A stretch of 64,000 bases of DNA from Nageia nagi (GCA_050084985.1 JBITNC010000001.1:123380001-123444000); one strand, 5' to 3'; shown: positions 28,859 to 40,596, counted from the stretch's first letter. The notes: generated by a model not told the origin, from the letters alone. Program-made: numbers and translations.

Positions 28859-29650
28859 ATGGAGCTAGATCTCATGTCTAGAAGCTAAAAATAATGTATG
28901 AGATGGCCTAATAAGCTAAATAATGAGTTAGGTGTGCTTTTATATGTTGGTATGGGTTACCTATTGCATGATCCCTATATAAGTTGAATAAGGAATTTCC
29001 CATAGCCCTCATAGAGAGGTGGTTAGAAAAGACCAGTACCTTCCATTTACCTACCAAAGAGGTCATTATTCTCTCGAAGTACATTCACAAGATCTTATGG
29101 GTACTCATAAAAGGGCATCCCATATATCTAAGGGGAGAGCATGACCAATGCACATTGTAAAGGTTTGATAAAATGGTTGATGGGTTTAGAGGAGTATCAT
29201 GAAAGTAATAAGGATGCATACCTTTATCTTGGTTTTAGAGGTAAGATAAAGAGGTTTAGTCAAGTGCAGTTGATTATGGCCACATACATTGATAGCATTA
29301 TATACCAAGATAAAAAGCATTATATGTTCCCTATTGGCTTGGTACATATGGTGTATGAGATGACACAAGGTGTAAGGTATGCATGGGATCCTTATAACAT
29401 TACCTATATGTATCATGAATTACATAAATTTATCATCATACAAAAGACCAAGAAGATGATTTCATAGTCATTTGTATTACAGTGTTGGTTATATGAGCAC
29501 ATACAAGTTAATCAGATAAGAAAGCTTTTAGTTCATACCACATTGGTTAATAATACTTCATGGTATTCATGGGTGAGTAAGGGAAAGATAACATGGATCC
29601 ACAAGAGTATGGAAGCATATTGGAAGATGATAGATGGAATTTTGTATAGT
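28859..29650 (+). pseudogene. PMD ORF remnant, copy B
   Basis: ALIERWLEKTSTFHLPTKEV; ORF 29141-29467 (RYAWDP..ITYMYHELH); LQCWLYEHI. Confidence 0.85.
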
Positions 29651-30983
29651 AAATGGTTGAATTAAATTCTAACATATAATTTTGGTTTGCAGGGGATGTT
29701 ATCTATAGACCCTATGTTGGTTTACCCTATTGGCCAAATGGATTATAAGGTGAGTTTGAATGGCAAAGATATCCTTATTTGGAAACAAGAAAAATATTTG
29801 TTAAACCCTATAGACTGGAGAGGGTTTAAAGATAATTTGGTAAGAGATAGGAAATTCTGTCTGAATACAAATGTTTGCTAAGGATTGGAAGGTATAGGGA
29901 ACATAACCCTAACATATTTAATACTCCACCAAAATGGGCACAAGAGTGGGATGTTCCTCATGATCATGGTTCTAGGAGTGATACATATGATGAGGGTGTT
30001 GAGGCACCTAATGGGCCTCAATTTGACCAAGAGTACCTATCATGGTGGGTTGGACCAAGAACTAATCCCTTAGGATTATATGGAATGGATAGAATAGTAG
30101 AGGCTATAGAGGGATAAGTTGAGGAAGAAGAGGATAAGGAAGAGGAAGAGGAATAACATGATATACATATGGAGGCTTTACCTCATCATGAGTAATAAGG
30201 TGGATGGAGGATGTTCCTAGTGAAATTCTCATTGCTAAGACTTGATAATGACCTCAAAATGAATTGAGTAAATATTTTACTCTTATACCTATATGTTAGT
30301 CCTTACAAAAAAATGACACATAACTAATATGTATTTATTAATTTACTTTTGTAGATAAAAAAATTGGTCTTAGATTATGGGAAGGCTGCAAGGCAACACA
30401 CAAAGGAGGAGTTACAAAGCCTAAAAGAGGAGAAGGTCACTAAGGATGATGAGCTATAAGGATTAAGGTAAGTCTAGCAATGTTGGAACATGTTGTGGAA
30501 ATATTGAAGAAGATACACAATACTTCTAATGACAAAGATTTCTTAAGAATGATGAACCATGTGTTGGAACATAAGAAGAAGATATAGTGCCTCATAAATA
30601 AAAAGGCTTACTTGCAAACTCCACTTGTGGCATAGGAGGAGAAAACTAGGATAAAGAGGCCTATTTGTGTAGGATAGCTTCTAATTCCAATACTGCTAAG
30701 AGTGCTAGGAGTCACCACAATACTACAAGCAGTGTTAGTATGGGGAACTAGCGTATTGGGTTGTTTCTTGGTTGGAAAGAAACTATTTCATCATTTTTGA
30801 TAATATATATGAGACATATTCTTATTTTGTTAAATGTATTGTATCTAAATGTGTGATTTTAATTTTAAGTTATTATATGTTTTAAGTTTCAAAGGGAAGT
30901 AATGGAATGAATGTTTAATTTTTATACTAAGTTGTTATGTGTGAGATAAGGATGTAATGAACTATTGGTTGCACTAAGGGACT

Positions 30984-30986
<3 letters not shown>

Positions 30987-31043
<57 letters not shown>
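30987..31043. repeat. (AT)n microsatellite
   Basis: Perfect AT run of 57 nt. Others at ~32987-33023, ~53090-53165 and ~63545-63592. Confidence 0.98.
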
Positions 31044-31045
<2 letters not shown>

Positions 31046-32465
31046 AGCATTGGTAATAGGCTTCTTGAAGGATAAAGGGCTCAAGTTATGGTTTAATTGT
31101 TTATGATTACAAATAGGGTTGAAATTTCATGAAAGACTCATAGGAAACTAAGCTATTGTTCAAGTTGCAAGTTTATGAAATTTGAAAAAAAAATGAACCC
31201 TATAAGAAAAACTAGACTCATGATAGGATCCTAAAGTCACACAAGGTTTAAAGAAATCTGATGGTGGAGAGGTGATAAAAAAGTATGGATTGTGCTAGAA
31301 ACATTATATGGAACTAGAACAATAATGTATACCCTCATAATGGTATACTCTAGAAATTGATGGTTTTTTGGTGATTATGAGGGAATACTATCATGGGCTT
31401 CAGTTGATGGCTTATAAATGCCCTTCGTGTGGATGAGGTAAAAGATAGTGAAAATGCATCCTAGTGCTAATGCAAGGTTTTAAGGGAGGTTTTATCATAA
31501 AAATAAAATAAAGACACCTATGCTACTGCATATGTAAGAGTATATATAAATGATAGGAACAAGAACAATAATGTATACCTTTTTGTTGTGTTGGGGTAAT
31601 ATTATCAATAAATTTTATGCTTGTATTTAGTGATTTAGCTTTGATAAAGTTTAGGAATGGATTGTTGAAGATTCCCATATTCATATTCTTCTCATGTTGA
31701 GGTCCTTGTAATTTCTTTAGTTTATCATCTGATTTAATATCTTTTTTTTTATGGAAAAGATATGTTCTTTTGATCAATCAAATTCTAGATCTTTTTCAGT
31801 AGTGATATATAATATTTTGTTGCATGTCCTCATTGCTAATGATATTCATATAAATGATCTAACTTACATTCACTTGGAATACTAGCTATAAAGAATGGCT
31901 AAGCAATAGACTTAGGTGGTGGTTAGCAATTTTCTCTTGATCAAGGCTTTTGTAACTGTTAGAATTTGTAATGAAATATTGTGAATATCTAAACTCCTTG
32001 TAAATTCAATTAATCACTTAAAGGTATGTAGATACCTTAAGTGATTAATAGAATTCTTTAATATGTAGACTTTGACTTTACCAAAGGAGTTAGTTGGTAG
32101 GTTGAAGTTTGGTGGTACATTTAATGTAACCCTAACCTTACCCTTGGGTTAAAGGAAGGTTAGGGAGGTGCTCTCAACCTATAAATAGAGGGCCTCTCCT
32201 CATGTAAACATATCTAAGTTTTGAGTAAGATTACTCTACTTGGTTGTGTAGGAGAGAGCTAGAGAATAGTTGTAAGAGAGACATAGATTTGAGAATAAGA
32301 GAACTAGTTGTGGATGTACTCCCAAGGAGGGAGGAACCACATTATATTGGTGTCATATTGTTGAATGATGTTCTTAGAATTATAGATGTGTTATCTTGTG
32401 TACACTTGAGTTTCCTAGTCTAAGGTCCTAGAGGATTTGTTTAGATCTAGATCAAATCCTTCAAT

Positions 32466-32478
32466 TGGTATCAGAGCC
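32466..32478 (+). promoter_or_regulatory. Primer binding site (tRNA-iMet)
   Basis: TGGTATCAGAGCC, 2 nt after the 5' LTR. Confidence 0.95.
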
Positions 32479-32982
32479 TTGTTGTGGAAGCTCTACTTCT
32501 TTGTGTTGAAGCTCTCCTTGTTGTGAAAGCTCTTTTGGTGTGGAAGCTACATCTTGGAAGTGCTTCATCCTTCTCAATTTTGGAGATCTTCATTCTTCAT
32601 TGTGAGGTAAAAGGTTTGCAAAGGTATAACCTTCTATCCTTCTTTAACAAAGTTCATTATGATACTAATCTTTTGTATGATTATGCTAGCTTAATGTCTT
32701 AACAATACCATAATATATTTTTGCTATTCTCTTCTTACTAACAAAATTTTATGTTAGTAATCTAATTTTAATGTACAAAGAAAATTTTGTTTTTTTTTTC
32801 TTTTGAGCAAAAATATATTATGCTAGCATCTTATTGAAAAGATTTTTTTTGCAAAGTCTTTTGTGAACAATATCAAAACAAAAAAAAGAGAGGAAGGTGC
32901 AATTTTTTTTTACATATTTTATTGTTGAAATAAAGAGGAGGACAATTTTTTAAGAGGCACAATAATATGTGCTAAGGCTCAA

Positions 32983-33028
<46 letters not shown>

Positions 33029-33335
33029 TTTTTTGGTTAAACATAATCAAAAATATATATCTATATATATTTTATTTGGTTTACACTAATCCAAACACAA
33101 TTATATATTTTTAGTTTCAATCAAAAATATATATTTTTTAATTTGTTTACAATAATCCAACCTATATATATATATTTTTAAACAAACTGTTTAAAAACAA
33201 ATATATATATATAAACTGTTTCAAAACGGAGGTTCACGTTTTTTTTAAATTATTTAAAATCACAATAAATAAATATTTATGTTTACATTTGGGGGGTCCA
33301 AATTATAAAAATTAAATCAAAATAAATATTAATAA

Positions 33336-33560
33336 AAATGTTTTAAACGCGGGGGGTCAAATGTTTTAAACGCGGGGGCATCCTCCCGCGCGCAACGCGC
33401 GGCCACTGCGCGGCTCCACCCCCGCGACCACCTACGATCCTCCTCCTCCACGCGGCCACCTCCCACCGCGCGGCCACCGTGCGGCTCCTCCTCCGCGCGA
33501 GCCACCTCCACCGCACGACCGCCTCCCATCCGCCTCCATGTCTTCCTCCTCCCTGCACGT
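33336..33560. other. GC/CpG-rich island in the Copia leader
   Basis: Repeated cgcggccac, cgcg and ctcctcc words; aaatgttttaaacgcggggg occurs twice. Confidence 0.85.
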
Positions 33561-34299
33561 CTGTGACTTCTTTAACCCCATGCCATGCTGCAGACTGCAC
33601 GTAGGGTTTGCACAAAACACAGAGAGATTTGTCATCTTCTGCCCTCTCCTCCTCGCTGGATATGCACCCACTGGCTTTCCTGACCAGGCTAGAGAGATTT
33701 GTCAGCCTGTGCACCTTATCACCCGTCCTCTAAATGCACTCTCCTTCCTCTTCCTTCCCAACACCTCCCTTGGATGTCTTCTAAGCCTCCATATCGTCAT
33801 CCTCCTTCCCTGGTCAAGGTTGATGGCTGCCCACTCCTTCCAAGTCACCTTAAATGCCTTAGTTTTGTTTTTTGACCACCTCCATATTTGCACTTCCCAA
33901 AAGCAACGTATTTTTTGGTGGAAGAACAAGGGGGGTCATATTTTACACCTACTAAGCATTTAATGATTATTGACTTAGGCATTTTTTTTAGTTCATAAGG
34001 TAGACAAAGCCTTCCAAAGCATTTAAAAATTGGGGTATGGGTCTCCCATTAAATGCACTTAGGAGCACTTAAAATAATTTCTTATTTTCTCCTCCAAATG
34101 TCATGCTTAATTAAATAAAGGTGCACATGCATAGTAATTTAGTCTAAAGTATGCTATTTTTTTTAAGTAAATAAGGGAATTTTTTACTTAAAATACCTCA
34201 CTTATAAGACAAGTCTTCGCATACAAGTTGGTTCTCTAGGGATACAACTTTAAGTAACCAAAGGGGGGGCCTTGGTATAAATTTTTTACTTAAATTTTA

Positions 34300-34610
34300 T
34301 CTAAATGCATGTATCTTATTTGAAGACTAAGTATGCTTAGGACTTAAATTTTTAATGCATAATGCATGCTTACTTAAATTTTTAAGTCATGATACAATGC
34401 ATGTTATGAATTATCTAGATGCATGTATCTTGTTTGAAGACTAAGTATGCTTAGGACTTAAATTTTTTAATGCATGTTGCATGCTTACTTAAATTTTAAG
34501 TCATGATACAATGCATGTTATGAATACTAAGTATGCTTAGGACTTAAATTTTTAATGCATGATGCATGCTTACTTAAATTTTTAAGTTGTGATATACTAA
34601 GTAGGACTTA
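34300..34610. repeat. About three copies of a palindrome-rich ~90-120 bp unit in the Copia leader
   Basis: actaagtatgcttaggacttaaattttt(t)aatgcat..tgcatgcttacttaaatttt(t)aagt repeated. Confidence 0.85.
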
Positions 34611-34645
34611 GTTCTTAATGTTTAATTAAGTGCTTTGAGAAAAAT

Positions 34646-35482
34646 GTGAACAATGTAAAAGTCAATCTTAGTCAATCTAAGTATATCTCAGACATCTTGC
34701 AAAAGTTTGGAATGGAGGAGTGCAAATATGCTGCAATACCTGTTTCTCCTGGAATCGTTGTATCACTGAGCTCAGATTCTCAGTTGGCTGATGCTACAGC
34801 TTATAGACAATTGATTGGTAGTCTTCTGTATCTGACTATCTCTCGTCCTGATATTGCCTTTGCAGTGAATCTAATGGCACGATTCATGCAAAAACCATAT
34901 GTTGAACACCTCAATGCTATTAAGCAAATCTTGAGGTATGTCGCAGGGACAAAGGATCTTGCTCTTAAGTATTCCAAAGTGCCCTCGATTGTTCTCTCAA
35001 GGTTCTCAGATTCTGATTATGGGGGAGATAGAGATGATAGAAAATCAACCTCTGCATATGTGTTTAGCATTGGTTCAGGTGCTATCTCTTGGGCTTCCAA
35101 GAAGCAACCTACTGTGACTCTTTCTACCATCGAAGCCGAATATCGAGCCATGTCTGTTGCCGCCCAAGAAGCTATTTGGCTAAGACATCTTCTGATCGAA
35201 ATTGGGTATAAGCAAAATGGCCCATCTCTTATTTCGTCAGATAATCAATCGGCTATCTCTTTGGCTAAGAATCCTGTGTTCCATCAGCGAACCAAACATG
35301 TAGAAATCCAAGCTCATTTTATCAGGGAGAAGGTTCTAGATGACATCATACACTTGCAGTATTGTCCATCTACTGAAAACTCCGCTGATTTGTTCACCAA
35401 GCCCCTTCCTGAAGCTCAGTTTTGCAAGCTTAGGGATTCTCTAGGGTTGGTGAAGTTGCCCTCAAGGGGGAGTGAAGTTTAA
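34646..35482 (+). CDS. Copia pol remnant: RT C-terminal part plus Ty1-type RNase H, open frame of 278 codons
   Basis: LSQSKYISDILQKFGM; YRQLIGSLLYLTISRPDIAFAV; SDSDYGGDRDDRKSTS; SWASKKQ...STIEAEY; DNQSAISLAKNPVFHQRTKH; ADLFTKPL. No gag, protease, integrase or YVDD motif. The track start is GTG. Confidence 0.9.
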   Translation: MNNVKVNLSQSKYISDILQKFGMEECKYAAIPVSPGIVVSLSSDSQLADATAYRQLIGSLLYLTISRPDIAFAVNLMARFMQKPYVEHLNAIKQILRYVAGTKDLALKYSKVPSIVLSRFSDSDYGGDRDDRKSTSAYVFSIGSGAISWASKKQPTVTLSTIEAEYRAMSVAAQEAIWLRHLLIEIGYKQNGPSLISSDNQSAISLAKNPVFHQRTKHVEIQAHFIREKVLDDIIHLQYCPSTENSADLFTKPLPEAQFCKLRDSLGLVKLPSRGSEV

Positions 35483-35530
35483 ACTTTTGTTAGTAATGAC
35501 AACTTCACCTCTAAGAGGCCCTTTTTTGAT

Positions 35531-35820
35531 TGTACATTCTAGACCTCCGTGGTAAGTTTGCTCTGCGTGACAAACTTGTTGTACAATTGTTGTTATAGAG
35601 TGTTGATTATTTTATACCTCAGTGGTAAGTTTGCTCTGCGTGACAAACTTGTACATTTTATACCTCCGTGGTGAGTTTCCTCTGCGTGAGAAACTTATTG
35701 TACAAATTTTGAGCATGTAATTAATATACCTCCATGGTAAGTTCGCTCTGCGTGATGAACTTGTTGTACATTCTATACCTCCTTGGTGAGTTTGCTCTGT
35801 GTGAGAAACTTGTTGTACAA
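35531..35820 (+). repeat. Five-copy ~45-bp hairpin repeat between pol and the PPT
   Basis: Unit t.tacctcc.tggt(a/g)agtt(t/c)(g/c)ctctg(c/t)gtga..aactt..tgtaca, with loops at 35561, 35634, 35680, 35746 and 35795. Confidence 0.95.
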
Positions 35821-38800
35821 TTTTATGCTCTATTTTTAAAATCAACACATGTCTATATACAACAGGTGACTATGAGTGATGGCTTGGCATCTCTGTGATG
35901 GCTTATAGTGCACCATTGATCAGTTATTTATAAGATGGCATTATTTGATTCTCTTATTTGAATATATGATGCATCTAACTGATTTTGTTCATGAGTTGCT
36001 TGTAGCATGCAGGATCTTCTTTAGAAATGCAGGTTACTCACCTTGTGAAAGCAAGCTCATGGAGACTCACATGTTAGCTTAAAGTTGATCGACTACTATG
36101 TACAGTGAAACCAGTTGTGGTTAATGATTGTATTGTAAACCATTTTTTGTCAAATGGTAATGTAGTGAGTCTCATACTAGTTCTCAAAAAGATTCTCAAA
36201 AATATGTAAAAGTTCTCATCTCCACTTGTATCTCTATGGAGGAGAACTCTCTCTTACTCTCTCTCTTCTCTCTTCTACGCTCTATCCCAATATTGCATTA
36301 AGGGGGAGTGTTAGAATTTGTAATGAAATATTGTGAATATCTAAACTCCTTGTAAATTCAATTAATCACTTAAAGGTATGTAGATACCTTAAGTGATTAA
36401 TAGAATTCTTTAATATGTAGACTTTGACTTTACCAAAGGAGTTAGTTGGTAGGTTGAAGTTTGGTGGTACATTTAATGTAACCCTAACCTTACCCTTGGG
36501 TTAAAGGAAGGTTAGGGAGGTGCTCTCAACCTATAAATATAGGGCCTCTCCTCATGTAAACATATCTAAGTTTTGAGTAAGATTACTCTACTTGGTTGTG
36601 TAGGAGAGAGCTAGAGAATAGTTGTAAGAGAGACATAGATTTGAGAATAAGAGAACTAGTTGTGGATGTACTCCCAAGGAGGGAGGAACCACATTATATT
36701 GGTGTCATATTGTGTGAATGATGTTCTTAGAATTATAGATGTGTTATCTTGTGTACACTTGAGTTTCCTAGTCTAAGGTCCTAGAGGATTTGTTTAGATC
36801 TAGATCAAATCCTTCAGTAACCTCATCAATTCATCATGTATAGGTGTGAATTGCCATATAGGAAATTTTTAATACTCTGTATAAATTGATTTCTCATCTT
36901 TTTCAACCTTTCCAACTTCATTTATTGCTATAGTTTATTGTTGTACTACTTCCACTTTGGCTACTCTTGGTGATTCTTTTGGTTGTTCCTTTTTGTATCA
37001 ATGATAAGGTTATGATGGTGACTTTTCCCTTTTCTATTTTGATTTTGGTTTTCATTATTCATATTTGATGTGAAACCTTTCTCTTTTCAATCAAAGCTTG
37101 AAGAAATTCATCTCAAGGTAACTTGTGATAGTAAAAATATGTTTCCTTGTACTATTATTGAAGAGTTTCAATAAATAACATGATTTTCATGCTATAATTC
37201 TTATGAACCTAATTTGCTTTTTCATTCCAATATCTAAAGAATGTCTCTATGGACTATATTTCTCTTTACTTTATCTTCATCAAATCATTGAATGTTACCT
37301 TTTTGTAATATGAATCTAATAGTGACCATAAAATACAATCTTTAATTTTGTAAATCTTTCAACACTAGCATGTGGCAACTTGCTAAACCATTCTATTGCA
37401 TATCCTATTAAAGATAAGGGAAATACCTTTGTATGTAAGTCATCTTCCATTGTAATTAAGGAAAATTCATCAGAGAAGATACATAAATGAAGGCATGAAT
37501 CAGTAGTACCATCAAACTTTGTGAACTTCAAATTTTTGCTGGAGTATAATATAGTTGATCTAATTCTCATGCATAAGGGATTATTATCTTCACTTCATTG
37601 AGAGTCAAGACCTTGGTGCTTTTCTATTTTCAATAGTCTTTGGTATAGATTGTTAACTCTATGTGTTTTTTCAATATGTTTCGTATGAACTATTGCTTCT
37701 AAGTTGGTACTTGTATGATTTCCTAAATGTTTTCCCTTGCATTTTGTAATGGTTATTCTAAATTTTTTCCATGTTTGAATGTCTATAATTGTTATCTAGG
37801 CTTGAGAATTTCAAAGGTCCCACTTTTGAAATTTCTATCATGGATGATACTATGCATAATTGTTGAAACTAACCATTCTTTATTGGTATGAGGTATCAAT
37901 ACCATGTGCTACCTATTATACTTTAGTAATTCTAGACATTTAATATCATTTTCTTCTTGATACCATCCAAAAATAAGCTACATAGCTTAGGCAAGCAATC
38001 TATCAATACCATCCTCTTGATACTTCCATTTGTTGTATACTATGATATGAAAATGGATTGATTGCTTATACTCAGGTTGAAATATTCATGTTTTATTTTT
38101 TTGATCATCTTAAACTTTTTGAATCAACCATTTATAATAGGGTATATTTTATGATATACTCATGTGGGAAAATTAAAGCTCATGTACTAAATGAAGAAAC
38201 CTCAATTTAATTATGTTATCTTCCTTTGACTAGTCTGAATGTGGCATATCAACCTCTTCAAGGATTTTGTTAATCTCTTCATATTTGGTAGGGTCCTCTA
38301 AATCACTCTCATCTTCAACAAATATATTTGTATCTTTGTTAAATTCTTCATCCTATTCAACTTGTGTAAATGTATCTTTAGCATTGGTTACTGAAATTGG
38401 GTTGTCAACTTGAGCTTCTCGATGAAACAAGTATTGCAATGTAGTAGTTTAAGTAATATTTTGAATAACATTTTAAATCAAGCTAACAATCTCTTACTAA
38501 ATTCCTATTTCTATATTTAGCATAGAGATAATTGAAAGAATTAGTACCACTAGTTCTAGCTGAAGCTCAATGTTTATGCTAAGGTTAGTATCAGGGTTGA
38601 AATGAGCTGTCACACTAGGATCAAGAAGAACAAATGTAAAAATACTCAACATAGGGACAAAACTAACTATGAGGAATCCTAAATGATTTTTTCCTAGTGT
38701 AAGATTCATATCATTAGGAGGTAGATGCCTATTATGCCTATTGGAATACCATAATCTTTATTATTTCACCACTTCTTCATCTTTAAGTGCATCAACTACA

Positions 38801-40231
38801 TAGGTTTTCTTCAACTAGTAGCCCATTGAGAAGCTTGATGAATCTATATTTATTTTATTTGTAGCTCATAAATTTCTTGAATATCTCATCATCACTCAAT
38901 CCTATAATAACATCTTCTTCAGTTGTAGGAGGAAGTTGTTGCTTTGGGGGGTTTGAATTCCATCAATTTCATAATGAACCCTCTGATTTACTATCTTTGT
39001 TGAACTATCAGAGCTTTTGTGAAGATCTCTTTGTCTAAAGCACTTTCACTAGCATCTTTGGTTATCTATCCTTGTACATTTGTAGATGGTTTTTTGTATA
39101 ATTCTCTCATTTCATCATTGAACAACCTTTGGTTTATCAAATTTTTCATTTGGAAGCTTTCTTAGCTACAAGATTAGTAGGTGCATAAGAAATGTTTGCA
39201 TTTTCATTGCTTGTAACAAAAAAAGCCTTTAAAATATAATGTGTGAATAAAACCCTTAATAAGTTTCACATTATGGTAGAATTTTCATGGAGGTTCAAAA
39301 GTGCTTTAATTCTAATCCTAATTAAGATAAAAAAATGCTATAAATATGGTAGGCATCAATATATTGATATTTGTTTTGGTAGACCTAGGGTTTTAGCCTA
39401 AATAAACTAAATACACATAAACATTTAAGTATGTAATATCAAAGCTAATTAACCTAAATAAAACATATATGAATAGTAGGAAATAAAGAATAATAATGTA
39501 GTAACACAAACTAGAGTTTTATTTATGTCTAGATACAAGACGAAAGCATGCACTAGAGAGATGAAATCAAGTGTAAAATAAATACTTATGTATCCTTACC
39601 TATGTCAAAGCTGAATACATGCATGATGAACTTGTTGAAGAGAGATGAGCTTGATGTGAAAACCCTATGACCAACAATAAAAATGATCCTAACATGCATG
39701 TTAGGTCTCAAGAGCTTAGCATTGGTGTGCACTTCAAATTGGGTGCTAAAGTTTCAATAGAATGAGGTCTACCAACAAGGATTAATAGCAATAGATATGC
39801 CAAAAAGCTAAGCTAAGAATATGATCATGAAGATGTATGATAGATATTTGCTAGAGTGATAACAAGATTCCAATCTCAATAAATGACATTTAGAAATGCC
39901 AAAGAGTAGGGTATCAACTTTCAAGATGTAATATTGATATGATCTCCCCATGTTAGAGATACTTACATTTATATCAAGCATGATATCACCATTTGAGCCC
40001 TTATAATAAGGTTGAAGATGTCGTAGTGTTCTTAACATAAAAATAAGAATACAAATATGTGATAATAAGGTACAATATGATTATAATATGATAAAGTGTG
40101 ATTAAATATGTATTGAATTTTACACCTAAGTGGTACCTCATTAGGGAACCACTTTTAGGTGTCAAAAATTATTTTTTATACAAAATGAAGATGGTATGTT
40201 ATGAACACTGCTACTTGGTTTTTGGTTACAA

Positions 40232-40580
40232 TATGAAAAAGAGTTTGCTTTACGATATGGTGCTAACAGTGTTGCATTTCATATGTATCATGTTTATTAT
40301 CATATTGATTTTTACTAAGGGAGTTACTAAGAATCTCATGAACCTTACCAACCCAACTAACCCCAATGAATTTACTCCCATGTGAGCCAAGGAAGTGTTC
40401 AATAGGGTATCCATTATGTACTTTCACTATATAGGGTAAGATGTCATTTTGACCATGGAAAAGGAAGCAAAATATCTTTCCAAATATATTCCAATTGGAG
40501 TCTTGGGATCTATAATTATTATGATCATGTTGTATAGTCTCATTTTCATATCTATATGCAAGTTTGTACCCTATGATGTG
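40232..40580 (+). pseudogene. CAT6/7-like cationic amino-acid transporter exon (decayed)
   Basis: Reads MKKSLLYDMVLTVLHFICIMFIIILIFTKGVTKNL...EFTPM*AKEVFNRVSIMYFHYIG*DVILTMEKEAKYLSKYIPIGVLGSIIIMIMLYSL..SICKFVPYDV. This matches APC/CAT motifs TKESS.LNM..T..H, GV.DGAAIVYFSYIGYD.VST.AEE and P+GI.GS...VPYD. It is preceded by a decayed acceptor ttttggttacaa. Confidence 0.85.
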
Positions 40581-40596
40581 ATACAAGAATTTTTCT

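Larger units (their letters stand above)
15121..31452. repeat. Tandem segmental duplication, copy B (unit ~16.3 kb)
   Basis: Colinear with copy A, with scattered mostly transition-type substitutions and small indels (roughly mid-90% identity by eye). Junction has a 7-bp microhomology. Confidence 0.97.
31957..36816 (+). mobile_element. Young non-autonomous Ty1/Copia derivative; LTRs 31957-32463 and 36309-36816
   Basis: TG...CA LTRs differ by one substitution and one 1-nt indel. TSD GTAAC at 31952-31956 and 36817-36821. PBS TGGTATCAGAGCC at 32466-32478; PPT AGGGGGAG at 36301-36308. Confidence 0.97.
25310..40167 (-). mobile_element. Old Tat/Ogre-like Ty3/Gypsy element; LTRs 25310-26726 and 39362-40167; hosts the nested Copia
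   Basis: Two related LTRs; TSD ATTAA (25305-25309) versus ATTAT (40168-40172); PPT next to the left LTR. Gag remnants at 37316-37570 (KFDGTTD...VFPLSLIGYAIEWFSKLP) and ~31780-31950 (YEYH*Q*GHAT...KI*NLID). Confidence 0.8.

Noticed and set aside
33329-33963. Overlapping ORFs (66-141 aa) as real genes
   Set aside because: They arise from the GC-rich low-complexity leader, occur in several frames, and show no domain.
35531-35820. CRISPR array
   Set aside because: Eukaryotic retrotransposon context, degenerate repeats, some units directly adjacent with no regular spacers, and no cas genes.
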